A stretch of DNA of 63,076 nt, counting the filler, from Squatina squatina (Eukaryota): the NCBI GenBank assembly GCA_031763465.1. It is 3 parts of 2 records of this genome, joined end to end, with 100 filler letters (N's around TTAATTAATTAA, not from the genome) between each part and the next. Parts side by side here need not be neighbours in the genome. Positions count along the whole stretch, not along the records: positions 1 to 19,004 come from JARFOE010000001.1; positions 19,105 to 48,227 come from JARFOE010000219.1; 1 more part is not named here. One strand, 5' to 3'. Position 1 is the stretch's first letter. Each line of letters begins with the position of its first letter. Below the pieces are notes generated by a model that had not been told where the DNA came from, made no database searches, and saw nothing but the letters and a program-made list of their open reading frames with translations. Position numbers and translations under genes: made by a program. Below, piece after piece: positions 12,460 to 25,750 of the stretch.

Positions 12460-15400
12460 AAAACATCTAATGCAAAATAGCAGATTTGAAGGTAGAAAGC
12501 CCTCCAAGAACAATATTTTGCAAGTTCTCTCTCTACAGCTACTCATTAATTAGGGAGCACTGTTCAATGCTGCCTCTCAGGCAGGTTTCGAGAGTTCATT
12601 TAGAGGTTTACCACATTCAAGGTCAGTGGACGTCGAGCTGCTTGACATTTTGTATCAACTGCTGGGAGTTGCTCACAGTAAAGCATGCATTGTTGAGAAC
12701 ACTGGTGACATGTTGTTTGGAAATAGTTCCTGTCAGCAATTGAATAGTAACGCACAACATCAATTGTCAAAGTAGCAGAGTCTGTGTCACTGGCAAGGTT
12801 GTTAATCTGCCTCCGGCAGTGGTGCATCCACTGAAATATCAGAATGCATGCTTGTCATACTTAGTGCAAACTTAATATAGGTCATCTCTCCTCTTGACTG
12901 TATATTAAATTAGAAGATGGCTCANNNNNNNNNNNNNNNNNNNNNNNNNNNNNNNNNNNNNNNNNNNNNNNNNNNNNNNNNNNNNNNNNNNNNNNNNNNN
13001 NNNNNNNNNNNNNNNNNNNNNNNNGTAAAATTGACTTTCAATTGGCTGTGAAATTATCTTGGAACTGACTGTCAGGCAATTGGAGACTGTTCTTTAGTGA
13101 TGTGCATCACAGCTCCAAGCTAGATGGTGAGTTGATGGAGGTAGAGAAAACATAAATTTACTACAGAAGACAAAATATGCAAAATAAAGAGTAAAATCTA
13201 AAACATACATGAAAGATAATATGAAATGGCCAGAATGTTTTATAATTTTGTATCTTCTAATGTAAATTTCACAAAGATATTACAATAATAAAACTACAAT
13301 TAACACTGCAGCAGTAATATTGAATTGTGAGATGATTCTTTAATGTCACAATTTTTTGTACTGAATTTAAAAAAAAAAGATTGTTTAGGCTAATTATAAT
13401 TGGAATTAATGCCATGACAACATTATAGAAAGGCCTGATGTAGTATAACAGTAGACGGTGATTAGTTATGTAGCAGATTTTTTTCCAGTTGGTAATTAAA
13501 GCCGTTGTTCTTCTTTTATTTACAGCCATTAAGTACTTAGTATGTACTACATCACTGTTTGAGCTAGACTGCACGTAAAAATACAGAGAATTCCTTCTTT
13601 TTATTATACCGATGCCTCAGATATAACACCACGCGCCACCATCTCTCCTATCCACAAACACACAGTGAAACATAAGCTTGGTAGATGTTCTGGAACTGAT
13701 AAAAAAAAACCAACCAACCAACCAACAATCCAACAAACCCCCAAACAATTCTTACAGAGTTGACTGGGTTGGTTTTTTAGTACAGGAAAATAATTTTACC
13801 AAACAGNNNNNNNNNNNNNNNNNNNNNNNNNNNNNNNNNNNNNNNNNNNNNNNNNNNNNNNNNNNNNNNNNNNNNNNNNNNNNNNNNNNNNNNNNNNNNN
13901 NNNNNNAAAAGATATTGGTGATAATATAGCTCACCTTGATATAAAATTGCTTTTTGTTCGGTACAGTTTCACGAAAGTAAACGCAAAAGATTTCAAAAGA
14001 AACTCGAAACGTTAGAATAAGCAACAAGCTTTTCAAAGCACAGATTAAGTCGTTTTGCAAACAATCCAATGCGTACTATACAGAGGAATGCGCGCCGCAG
14101 AAGTCCCGTTAAAGGTAACCTTTGGCAATGTTTTTTTTTACTGAAATGGTGCGATTACTCAAATTTACAGCCTCGATCTGCAGCAACGGGGATCGTCATC
14201 TCATTGCCTAAAAAATCCTTTCTGTGGAAACATTGTAAAAGAGCGCCCCCGTGTGTTTAAGAAACAGAAGGTACAGAACAGGGTTCCAAATCTTGTTTCA
14301 CCAGCAGCCTCTTGGAGGCTATGCCCCAATATCTGATGAATATTTAATTAAGGCACAGCTAAAAGAAAAGACAACGTTTTATCATTTAATATTTTTCACA
14401 ATGCACATTTATTTGCGAGCTGGATAGAGTTTGCAATGGCCTGTTTGAGATGAACATTGGGCCTTTTTTTAAAAATTAAACAATTATTTGATGTCAGGGA
14501 GAAAGTAATTTTAGAAAAGTATTCCAGCAAAATTTGCAAGGTGCAGACTTTTCACAGCAAGCCGAGTAGGCGCGTCAGTAGTCTTNNNNNNNNNNNNNNN
14601 NNNNNNNNNNNNNNNNNNNNNNNNNNNNNNNNNNNNNNNNNNNNNNNNNNNNNNNNNNNNNNNNNNNNNNNNNNNNNNNNNNNNNNNNNNNNNNNNNNNN
14701 NNNNNNNNNNNNNNNNNNNNNNNNNNNNNNNNNNNNNNNNNNNNNNNNNNNNNNNNNNNNNNNNNNNNNNNNNNNNNNNNNNNNNNNNNNNNNNNNNNNN
14801 NNNNNNNNNNNNNNNNNNNNNNNNNNNNNNNNNNNNNNNNNNNNNNNNNNNNNNNNNNNNNNNNNNNNNNNNNNNNNNNNNNNNNNNNNNNNNNNNNNNN
14901 NNNNNNNNNNNNNNNNNNNNNNNNNNNNNNNNNNNNNNNNNNNNNNNNNNNNNNNNNNNNNNNNNNNNNNNNNNNNNNNNNNNNNNNNNNNNNNNNNNNN
15001 NNNNNNNNNNNNNNNNNNNNNNNNNNNNNNNNNNNNNNNNNNNNNNNNNNNNNNNNNNNNNNNNNNNNNNNNNNNNNNNNNNNNNNNNNNNNNNNNNNNN
15101 NNNNNNNNNNNNNNNNNNNNNNNNNNNNNNNNNNNNNNNNNNNNNNNNNNNNNNNNNNNNNNNNNNNNNNNNNNNNNNNNNNNNNNNNNNNNNNNNNNNN
15201 NNNNNNNNNNNNNNNNNNNNNNNNNNNNNNNNNNNNNNNNNNNNNNNNNNNNNNNNNNNNNNNNNNNNNNNNNNNNNNNNNNNNNNNNNNNNNNNNNNNN
15301 NNNNNNNNNNNNNNNNNNNNNNNNNNNNNNNNNNNNNNNNNNNNNNNNNNNNNNNNNNNNNNNNNNNNNNNNNNNNNNNNNNNNNNNNNNNNNNNNNNNN

Positions 15401-16259
15401 NNNNNNNNNNNNNNNNNNNNNNNNNNNNNNNNNNNNNNNNNNNNNNNNNNNNNNNNNNNNNNNNNNNNNNNNNCCACATTTATTATATTTAGATGGCAAA
15501 TTTACCCTCCAATATCACCCCAAATCTCCCCTGACAAATATAAAATTGTTGACAGCCCAACAGGATAGATACAGAGAGAACATTTCCCAAGTTCTCCTAA
15601 ATGCACATCTTACCTTATCCAGGGTACGCAATATAAAACTGGATTAAAATATCCAAGTTTCCTGTTATTGTTGGGTGGAGGTGGGAGTTCACTTTCAAGT
15701 AATTAGGTAGTAAGCTATGTACTGGCTAACTCAGATCATTGACATTTTTGAGGACGGTTAAAGGGACATTAGGAATATTATTTTGCAATGCAGACAGAAA
15801 TTTAGGTACTTGGCCCAAAGTGTGCTATTTAGAGCTGCGCAGCATAAATGCTATTCCACATTGTGAACGAATTTTAGCAGATTCTTTTTGCTAATTCTTC
15901 AGATTTAAAAAGAGAGTTCTGCTGTTATTGATCATGTAACAGCACCACCCACCCACATCACCAGTGGAAAATAAATATATTAAAAAACGTACGGAAAGAT
16001 TTTCAGGTTAAGACTAAAATAGGAGAAAGAAACTGCTTGAAAAGATTTGAGAAACTTCTAGAGTGTTGGAAAACTTACCGAAGAATATCTACAGCTGAAA
16101 ACACGATTTTTTTTTCTCCCTTTACAATCTATTTAGCTTCCACAAAGTTAAACCAGTTTTACAATTGGTTTACTTTTAATCCAAAGGTATATTCTCATTA
16201 AAGGCGAGGATGGATTGAATTCATTAATAATTGCAAGCCAGGAGATGGGGAGAAACGAA

Positions 16260-16412
16260 TTGGGAAGCGCAGCCTGAGGAGTGGAGCAGGGACAAGGTGG
16301 CAAAGTGTGTGGATGAGCAGACGGTGGAGGGAGCAAGCCCCGGGCCGCGGGCCGAGCCACTGCATGCCAGGGGAAGCTAGTGCCGGGCACGGCGCATGCT
16401 GACGGCGAGGAG

Positions 16413-16444
<32 letters not shown>

Positions 16445-16960
16445 TGTGAGAAAGGAGAGAGAGAGAGGGGCAGCGTCTCCAGCATGGTGCGCTCGGCTCC
16501 GATTGACCCGCTGGCCCCGGCTCGCTGCTGCCCGAGTTGATGCGGGGGGAGGGAAGTCTCGGGCTCGGGAAAGTTTGTGCGGTGTTGAGCGAGCGGGAGC
16601 CGGCCGCCCGCCCGGGGGGAGGAAGGGGCTTTGTGCGAGGGAGGGAGAGCTCGGCGGCTCGGCTTTGTACTTTGGCAGCGCCCAGCACACGTTTCACTGC
16701 CACAACTGTGAGTTCGCCTACTTTTCTCCGTCATGTGTAGATAGATATTCTCGATGTGTGTTTCTTTGGATCTTTTAATGTTCCTTCTGCCCTGTGAGGC
16801 GCTCCTTCAGAAAGTTAGTTTGCAGCAGTTGGCTGAAGAGCGGGTGCCGGGCATTGCCGCCGGTACAGCCCGGGAGGCGGGGGCTGGGGGTTAGTCCGAC
16901 ACCCGGGGTGATGGCAAACCTGCCGCCAGTTACCCCCGCCCCACACACCAAACTCTGCAC
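16260..16960. promoter_or_regulatory. CpG island / promoter of an unidentified gene
   Basis: Abrupt GC- and CpG-rich tract with GC boxes (CCGCCC) and a GA microsatellite. A minus-strand donor CG|GTAAGT lies just outside it at 16079/16078. Confidence 0.7.
16418..16467 (+). repeat. (GA)n microsatellite, interrupted
   Basis: Directly visible GAGAGA tract preceded by a short GT run. Confidence 0.95.
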
Positions 16961-19004
16961 ATTTAATGTTGCATTTCCAAAAAAAAACCTCCCAATTCCC
17001 AGTGGAGTCTGCCCGCAATGTTTAACCATCAGCAGGTTGGCAGAAGAACTCGACCTGGATCGACGGCTGACTTTTTTTTTAACAAAAGACTTAACATTTC
17101 TTTGCTTTAAAAAAAAGCATAAAATAATATTTTTTCCAAAGCCCTTCCACGGAAATTGCTCAAAAAATCCAGGAACGTAACAGCTTCCATCAGGGCATCC
17201 AATTAAATGACTGCAGAGTTTTGCCTACGTTAACCAACTGAGAAACACACTCAAAAGTAAGTGAAGTAAAAAAAAAGTACATGAAACAGTGAAATTATAT
17301 TCAGACCATTTGAAGTCTGTAGATGGAAGAATTCCAAGTCTGTGAATGACAAAGTTCAGAGGAGGCAGCAAATGAGAAACATTTGGATAATGGAATCAAA
17401 GTATGAGGACAAGAAAATGTATTNNNNNNNNNNNNNNNNNNNNNNNNNNNNNNNNNNNNNNNNNNNNNNNNNNNNNNNNNNNNNNNNNNNNNNNNNNNNN
17501 NNNNNNNNNNNNNNNNNNNNNNNTGGTTATTCTGCAATCTAGTGATTTATTTTTAATCTCACTATTCTCTGCATCCACAAGGACTGTGGTTTCTGGAGTA
17601 ATAATTCCGGAGGAATAAAGGACTAGAGTGAAAGCTCCCAACTCAAAATATCTCATCACTGCACAGCTGACAACTCCAAAGTTGCCAGCAGGCAGGATTT
17701 TTTTTTGATCTGCCCCGAGCAATGCTACATGTATTTCTGGTTGTGGGAGAGAAGATTTGTTAGATTATAGATAGCAGCAAGGTTGAAATCAGAGCGGTTG
17801 TGAGAAGCTCGGCGCCTTCTGACCGATTGGGACTTGTATGTTTAATTTTAAACATCGCCTCTTGGTAATCTAACTTGGCACTTTGAAATACACCATAGCA
17901 TACACGTCAGCCTCGATCGCTTCTGAAGCGGCTTTTGCCTCCTATTCAGTTTATTGGAGTGCAGACACACGTGGTTAAAGAACTCCTGTTTCTACATTAT
18001 AGGTTTCATTACTGTTTTTAAACCAAAGCGTTTCTAACATGATGGCAAACGGTTGTCCAAAACTCAAGTGTTCTGTGCTCAAGACATCAGCAGCTGCTGG
18101 GCGAGCTTCAAATCCTACCATTTAAAATGGTTCGTAGTTGACATGGTGAGGAGCTTGCGTGCAATTTGTAATGGGTCACCACCTGAGAAACTCCATTACT
18201 CACAATCGTTGCTGAATCGATCACTGATCAGGTGTGGCGATTAGTGACTAACCTTGTTTCCCGTTTTGTTAGCCTGGTTAACCTACAATAGGATCTTCGG
18301 AAATGCTAATGTTTTTGATAGTAATTTGGAGGAAAAAAAGGACTGTTTTGGTTCGGATAGTTGTGTGTTGGGGGATGGGGTGGGGAGCATCTACAGATGG
18401 CCATTTCTAGTTTCCGTAGGTGGTTATTTTCTGGTAAATACTTCAAGTATGTTGTATTGGAAATCTGCTGAGAGATAGAGATCATTGATTTGTTTTGATA
18501 ATTTATATTGAATTGATTTGAAACTTGACAAGTAAATGGTTGGGAAAAGAATAATGCTGCAGTTTAAGAATTAATTCTTCAGCCGATGTTGAGATTTTTA
18601 ATGGACTATTTTATATACAAACCACACAATTACTGATAAAGATGTAATGTAATTCTGTGACGCTCCAAGTTCTGTCTGAAGTAAATTTAAATATTTGGTA
18701 AATTTATTTCAGATTTTAGAACTTGTTCAATAACTCAAAATCAATTTAGCCAATATTTGGATTCCTTGCATTCCTGATTGTAAACTTTCCGGATCTTTTG
18801 ATTTTCCAGTGTTCGTTCTGTTTTGCCATTATCTTTATCTTGTGTGCTGCAATTTTGAAATCTCAGCAATTAATTTTATTTGCTTGGTATGATGTACTGT
18901 TTTGTTCCTGGACAGGATGCTTTATTGTCAAGGGCCTGTTTGGGAGTCAGCAGCTTTGTTAAATGGCTATTCAGGTCCAGTAGAATGATTGATTAATTGG
19001 TGGT

Positions 19005-19104
19005 NNNNNNNNNNNNNNNNNNNNNNNNNNNNNNNNNNNNNNNNNNNNTTAATTAATTAANNNNNNNNNNNNNNNNNNNNNNNNNNNNNNNNNNNNNNNN
19101 NNNN
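19005..19104. other. Artificial scaffold linker (44 N + TTAATTAATTAA + 44 N)
   Basis: A self-complementary six-frame stop 12-mer at 19049-19060 is centred in exactly 100 nt. An identical construct is at 48228-48327. Confidence 0.97.
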
Positions 19105-19177
19105 TAGCTTATTTTCCTGTTGGTTTGTTTCTTATGCAAAGAAATGTAATGATATTTGACATTTCTTTGTTACATAG

Positions 19178-19833
19178 TGAACCTTTACCTCGCCTCTACA
19201 ACCACCAGATAAGAAGTAAACACCATGCCATCAAGAAAATGAATGAAATCCAGAAAAACATTGATGGGTGGGAGGGGAAGGATATTGGACAGTGCTGCAA
19301 TGAATTTATAATGGAAGGAACACTAACACGAATTGGAGCAAAGCATGAGCGACACATATTCCTTTTTGATGGTTTAATGATCAGTTGCAGGACCAATCAT
19401 GGTCAGTCCAGGCTACCAGGCTGTAGCAATGTTGAGTACAGACTCAAAGAAAAATTTCTAATGCGAAAAGTGCAAATCATTGACAAAGATGACTCTTGTG
19501 AAAACAAGCATGCGTTTGAAATCCTCTCCAAGGATGAGAATAGTATAATATTTGCTGCCAAATCTACAGAAGATAAAAGCAACTGGATGGCGGCTTTGAT
19601 TTCACTTCAGTATCGGAGTACACTGGAGCGAATGTTGGACACGGTTCTTTTACATGAGGAGAAGGAGCAACCACTGAGACTGCCAAGTCCAGATGTCTAT
19701 AACTTTGCAGAAGAAGATTCTGAAGAGAATATAGTGTTTGAAGAAAATGTGCAAACTAAATCTGGAATACCGATCATAAAAGGAGGAACTGTGCTCAAGT
19801 TAATTGAGAGACTGACATACCACATGTATGCAG
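19178..19833 (+). CDS. SOS2: SOS2 internal exon (PH domain to start of REM), 656 bp
   Basis: AG acceptor 19176-77 and GT donor 19834-35. Encodes [27 protein letters not shown]...[23 protein letters not shown]. Residues such as RSKH, TRIGAK and EQPLRLPSP favour SOS2 over SOS1. Confidence 0.95.
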
Positions 19834-20962
19834 GTAAATGCAGTGGGATTGTCTTGCTGCTGGACTGATGGAATTTCTCATTAAAATTTTAATGGATTTA
19901 ATTTAATCCTTTTTAATTTGACCACAACAAGATGCAGCTTTAATTAACACCTGTACCTTTGTTTGTGTACAGTATGTAGTTTTAGTCAGGTGTTCTGACA
20001 GACTAGTTCAAAGCACTTCAGTTGTACAGCAAAGTAAATGAATGTGAAAAAAGGAAGAATGTGTTTGTTCTAAATATCAGTAAGATATTGCAGTGATCTG
20101 AAGAGAAGAAGTTAGCTGGGAACACCATTTCTTTAATAAATTTGTACCACGGTGGTGTTATTTGGGTCACCCTCTACACCACTTAGTTGATGCTCATTTT
20201 AAACCACACCCGAGTTATTTTTTGTGATGTCTGAATGCATCTTGATTATTGCAAACATAGCAAAAAAAAAAGTTTATTACTATCGTTTCAGACAGAGATG
20301 TGAAATAAAATTGAAATCTAGTCTTGTACGCCTGTCAAAAAGGGTCCTCAGACTTAAATCGACCTTTACTTCCTGTAATAATTTAGTGAAGATGACAAAA
20401 TTGGAGGACTATGGGCGAAGAGCGGGATCGCTCTTTCAAAGAGCCAGCACAGGCACGATGGGCCCAATGGCCTCTGTCCGCACTCTATCACGAGTAATTC
20501 AGAGAACTGGGAACTAAGCTATTGAGTTGATGTGTGTACATAGGATAATATCTGATAATAGAGAAGATCCAACTTTTCGCACTGGGGTTCATATACATCT
20601 GTACATCTGCATATGTCAAAACCGAGGAGTGATTTGCATATGATTACACAATAATGGGATTCTCCAAATTGCCATCTCATTTCCAAAAACAATGAGCCCC
20701 CGACCTGAGACAAGGATTGATGCACTCCGTACAACAAAACAAGATCATGTAAGCCACCCATCTACTTCCTTTCCACTGTCGCTTGCATCTTTTGCCCCTG
20801 TCCTTTACTGAAATCAGGTTCTTTTGCTCACCTCTTGTTCTTTATCGTTCGTGCTTGCCTGTCCACATTTATCTCATCTTCCCTTCTGTTTCCTATCACT
20901 CTCTCCCATTCTTGCTCTGCCCTCGCTCCACTCTCTTTTTTTCCCCTCGCTACCCCGTACAT

Positions 20963-21288
20963 GTCAGCTGTGGCAAAGTGGGTAGCACACTCGCCTCTGA
21001 GTCAGAAGCTTTGTGGGTTCAAGTCCCACTCCAAGAACTTGAGCACTTATACCTAGGCTGATGCTGCAGTGCAGTGCTGAGGAAATGCTGCAGCGTCAGG
21101 TGCTGTCTTTCGGATGTGACGTTAAAACCGAGGTCCCGTCTGCCCTCTCTGGTGGACGTTAAAGATCCCATGGCACTATTTCGAAGAAGAGTAGGGGAGT
21201 TATCCCCGGTGTCCTGGCCAATAATTATCCCTTAACCAACATCACAAAAAAACAATTACCTGGTCATTATCACATTGCTGTTTGTGGG
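20963..21288 (+). mobile_element. tRNA-derived Deu-domain SINE (SacSINE1-like)
   Basis: Pol III A/B boxes (TGGCAAAGTGG, GGTTCAAGTCC) and Deu core GTCTTTCGGATG..AAACCGAGG..AAAGATCCCATGGCACT..GGTGTCCTGGCCAA. Confidence 0.85.
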
Positions 21289-22145
21289 NNNNNNNNNNNN
21301 NNNNNNNNNNNNNNNNNNNNNNNNNNNNNNNNNNNNNNNNNNNNNNNNNNNNNNNNNNNNNNNNNNNNNNNNNNNNNNNNNNNNNNNNNNNNNNNNNNNN
21401 NNNNNNNNNNNNNNNNNNNNNNNNNNNNNNNNNNNNNNNNNNNNNNNNNNNNNNNNNNNNNNNNNNNNNNNNNNNNNNNNNNNNNNNNNNNNNNNNNNNN
21501 NNNNNNNNNNNNNNNNNNNNNNNNNNNNNNNNNNNNNNNNNNNNNNNNNNNNNNNNNNNNNNNNNNNNNNNNNNNNNNNNNNNNNNNNNNNNNNNNNNNN
21601 NNNNNNNNNNNNNNNNNNNNNNNNNNNNNNNNNNNNNNNNNNNNNNNNNNNNNNNNNNNNNNNNNNNNNNNNNNNNNNNNNNNNNNNNNNNNNNNNNNNN
21701 NNNNNNNNNNNNNNNNNNNNNNNNNNNNNNNNNNNNNNNNNNNNNNNNNNNNNNNNNNNNNNNNNNNNNNNNNNNNNNNNNNNNNNNNNNNNNNNNNNNN
21801 NNNNNNNNNNNNNNNNNNNNNNNNNNNNNNNNNNNNNNNNNNNNNNNNNNNNNNNNNNNNNNNNNNNNNNNNNNNNNNNNNNNNNNNNNNNNNNNNNNNN
21901 NNNNNNNNNNNNNNNNNNNNNAAGGAGACTTACATCAGTCAGCTTTGGTTAGATTCGAATCCAGATTCCACCAGTTTAACAGACAGTATCCCACCCTGCA
22001 ACACTGGTCCACCCATCAGATTACCTAATTAAGTTGTCTCCTTTAATAGTTTCTTTGTGCACCATGAGTCAGTATTTTGTTGTATGTTTTTGATGATGTG
22101 CCACTATTGTGTTTGCAGTGTAAGTAGTTTGATATTTATTTACAG

Positions 22146-22227
22146 ATCCTAATTTTGTGCGCACTTTTCTGACGACATATCGTTCATTCTGCAAGCCCCA
22201 GGAGTTGCTGAGTTTGTTAATAGAAAG
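22146..22227 (+). CDS. SOS2: SOS2 exon (REM), 82 bp
   Basis: TACAG|AT...AG|GTAAG. Encodes (D)[26 protein letters not shown](R), in phase with the previous exon. Confidence 0.95.
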
Positions 22228-22475
22228 GTAAGTTTTAACTAAATCCTGAAAGAGTATACTTTTACATACCTGGTAAAACGTTGTCGAGAAAGACTCTTAG
22301 AAAATGATGTAGTGTGTTGTCACGAGGATTTCAATAAAATATATCAGTGGGTATGTATAATTTTCAGTATTTGCTCTGTCAGGCTGCATTCTTGGGCTGT
22401 TGGAGTTTTCCATTTGTATTAAATCTGTTACATGTTAATTTCCATGTTAAACATGTAAATTTTTGTTTTGTGTAG

Positions 22476-22598
22476 GTTTGAAATACCTGATCCAGAGCCC
22501 ACTGAGGCTGATAGGCTTGCCAGAGAGAAGGGTGAACAGCCAATCAGTGCAGAGTTGAAACGGTTTCGTAAGGAGTATATCCAGCCAGTGCAACTCAG
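22476..22598 (+). CDS. SOS2: SOS2 exon (REM), 123 bp
   Basis: TGTAG|G...AG|GT. Encodes [40 protein letters not shown](R). Confidence 0.95.
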
Positions 22599-23567
22599 GT
22601 TTGTTTACATTTTCAACAGAAATATAGTCAAGTGGGCACCGCTGCTATCCACAACATCCCTACAGTCAGGACAAGGTGCAGGCAAATGTCAGTAACTACT
22701 CAGACATTAGACTGCTGCTGCAGCCTCCTGTAGATTCTATTTGATATGGGATGTGGGATGTCAATGCAAGATATTATCCTAAGTGGATGTGTGCGACTGA
22801 GTCGCTAGAATTTTTCTGCAGCCTTCCAAAAGAAGTTCCTAAAAATGTCACCCTTTGGCAACATAGTTTGTCAAGCAAGTTGGAAGGTACATTGAACTGA
22901 TTCAGAAAAATGCTTGAGAGTTGTTTCGGGATTCAGAGTCCAAATCCAACAGGTACCGTGTCTAATCTGCAGTGCACCAGTCAAAGGAAACCAATGTTCA
23001 TTTGAACCGAGAGACTTTGTCCCAGGAACGTATTCCAAACAAGCATTTCTTTCCCCCACTTCTTACCTATGGCAACACCTGAGGACAGTACTTGAATATG
23101 GAAAGACACTTCTGTCAATGCCCAACAGTAATATTTTATATGCGCAAATGTTTGGCATAGTCTGCATGATCCCTTTCTATTTTTTTATTGTATTTTCCAG
23201 GTTTCTATTTTTCACAACATAATTTTTTACATGTTTTTTGAGGGAAGAATGTGTACAAGCTGTACCTTTTGTACTCTTTAATGAACTGCAGTTAGATGAT
23301 ATATCAACATGACTGTTGTAAAATAGTGGAGCAACTGAATTTTATAGTGAACAGATGGATTTCTTGTGATTTTGACAGCTAGTCTGTTGTGCAGAGCATG
23401 ATCGCAGCGTTTAGCAGCTTGCCGTTCAAGCCATTGCTCTAATTGGACAAAACCAGGTGATTGTAGCTACCTGTAAACTGGTCACTCAGAGGGCAGTTGT
23501 AATTGTAAAGGTCATTCACCAAGCTGCTCTCTCTTTTAAAAGTTTGTTTTGCAACTGTAACAATACT

Positions 23568-24063
23568 GGCCCATAATTTGCGATTAGTGGTGAAGCAAAG
23601 GCATTTGCCGCTGACCCTGAAGAAAGCTTCCCACAAAGACCTCGCGATCTCTGGAGGGAAGTTCGGCTTTTTGAATGTGCCATTGAGATTAGCGTAGGAA
23701 TTCCACAGTGTGAGCTGCTGTGACATTAACAAGCTGTCTAAGCAGCCAATCACAGTGCAGAATTCTCACAGACTGGGAACCAGGAAATGAAGAGAGTCCT
23801 TTTTTATTCTGACATTTTAACAATGTTATAGAGCACAAAACAAAGATTGCGGCTTGCACATGGGGAAAAGGTAAAGCTGAAATAAAAATGAACAAACTTT
23901 TAGAAAATATATTTTTAAAACTTTCTTAATTGTAATTTGTATTAAAATGGAGAAATTTGACACTCCACAAAATTAAAATCGGTTTTCCAAGGCATTTGTT
24001 TAGCAGTTGATACGCTGTTAAAACATCCGTTACACCGAATCCAATAAGGTCTAACTTTCAATG
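23568..24063. mobile_element. Probable non-autonomous Harbinger-type element
   Basis: Starts GGCCCATAATTTG, resembling the Harbinger termini at 4656 and 6968. Cut by a SINE tail at ~24064. Confidence 0.35.
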
Positions 24064-24250
24064 GTTTTTTTATTGGTTCACGGATGTGGGCGTCGCTGGC
24101 AAGGCCTGCATTTATTGCCCATCCCGAATTACCCTTGAACAACTGAGTGGCTTGCTGGGCCATTTCAGAGAGCAGTTAAGAGTCAACCACATTGCTGTGG
24201 GTCTGGAGTCACATATAGGCCAGACTGGGTAAGGATGGCAGATTCCCTTC
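24064..24250 (-). mobile_element. 3' part of tRNA SINE (same family as 48387-48780)
   Basis: Near-colinear with 48395-48590: GCATTTATTGCCCATCCC, CAACTGAGTGGCTTG, GAGTCAACCACATTGCTGTGGGTCTGGAG. Confidence 0.8.
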
Positions 24251-25347
24251 NNNNNNNNNNNNNNNNNNNNNNNNNNNNNNNNNNNNNNNNNNNNNNNNNN
24301 NNNNNNNNNNNNNNNNNNNNNNNNNNNNNNNNNNNNNNNNNNNNNNNNNNAAAACTCAATGATTCTACTGTTCTTTGGCTGGAGATCGATCATGGATTAT
24401 TTCAGACATTGATTTCTGGAAGCTAGTGAAGAAAAATCTCTGCAACAATATGAAAATGGGTAGTATAATTGAATTCATATTGTTTTAGGGAAAATAGTCT
24501 GCAGAGTACCCATGAGCATTTTGCCCCACAGCTATCAATAATTCAAGGTTTTCTTTTCTGTTGCGAGTTTGGTTAATACTTTTAACAACTATATTTAGTC
24601 TTCACAGAATGTAGCCGNNNNNNNNNNGTGAATGCCTACATGGTACTAAGGTAGATTAATTTCAGTGGACAGACTAACCTGATTAAACTTAATTTTGTAT
24701 ACGAACAGCATCAACACATTTTGTGGCTACCCTTGCTGAACTTCAGTGAGATTTTCTTGTCCTGTTTGCAGTTGCGCTGAAGGGTTTTAACATACAAATA
24801 AGCCATGTACCACTTTCAACAAAGTTCTTATTTGTAATGTTTGATGCTTAAAAGGTAAGCAAAATGATCATAAATAGGAGGACCTTCATGTTTGTCACTA
24901 CTTTGGATTGTGTGGGGGAGGTGGGGATTCTGACCAACATTATTCTGGCCCAGGATAACTAAACACCATTATGTGGGATTGCTCGCCTTCTACAATAATT
25001 TTTCTTAATTTTTACAAATGAAGTGAAAACCCTGAGATGTTGTGAACTCAAGAAAAGGAGGAATAAATTACTATTGCTTCATTTAAAAGGGAACTACTGA
25101 TCTTCGTGGTGTGATGGAATTTTTCAGCACAAAACATATAGCTAATTGTGAATGATTTTCAACTGAACTATTTAGAACCATCCAAAATCAAAATAAGGGG
25201 AAAAAGCACAACTCTGGACTTGAAATACTCAGCATAATGTAATATGTGAATCTTGTCAGTGAATAAAGATCAAAAAAAATTAATGGCATTTTAGCAAACT
25301 TCAATGATAAACTTGCTAAAATTTTAAAAAATTATTCCTGTTCAAAG

Positions 25348-25520
25348 GTATTTATTTGACAAATATTCTGAAGACCGAAGTAGGGAATCCAGATTTTCTA
25401 AAAAGATGTGGGAAAGAATTAATAAATTTTAGCAAGCGAAGGAAAGTGGCTGAAATCACAGGAGAAATCCAACAGTATCAAAACCAGCCCTACTGCCTTC
25501 AAGTGGAAACAGATATAAAG
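25348..25520 (+). CDS. SOS2: SOS2 exon (CDC25 RasGEF domain), 173 bp
   Basis: AAG|GT...AAG|GTAG. Encodes (G)[57 protein letters not shown]. Confidence 0.95.
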
Positions 25521-25633
25521 GTAGCTATTGTGGTACTTTTTTAAAGTTCACATTTTATAGCTGTTTTGAGAATTAACTTCTTTACAGTAGTTCACTAAAA
25601 GTTACATTGAGATCTGTTTGTGTTGATGCATAG

Positions 25634-25750
25634 AAATTCTTTGAAAATCTGAATCCAATGGGAAATATGAATGAAAAAGAATTTACAGACTATTTGTTCA
25701 ACAAATCCTTGGAAATTGAACCACGTAACTGCAAACAACCACCACGTTTT
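25634..25750 (+). CDS. SOS2: SOS2 exon (end of CDC25 domain), 117 bp
   Basis: TAG|AAA...TTT|GTAAG. Encodes [39 protein letters not shown]. Confidence 0.95.

Noticed and set aside
14457-15647. Long ORFs here and at 21275-22028, 35202-35870 and 50879-52063
   Set aside because: Almost entirely X residues from N-runs.
16148-17180. Cluster of 100-180 aa ORFs on both strands
   Set aside because: Low-complexity products of a GC-rich island and GA repeat, with no recognisable domain.
19049-19060. Biological palindrome or piggyBac TTAA target
   Set aside because: Exactly centred in 44+44 N and repeated identically at 48272, so it is synthetic.
20963-21035. tRNA gene
   Set aside because: The A/B boxes continue directly into a multi-copy SINE body, so this is a SINE head.
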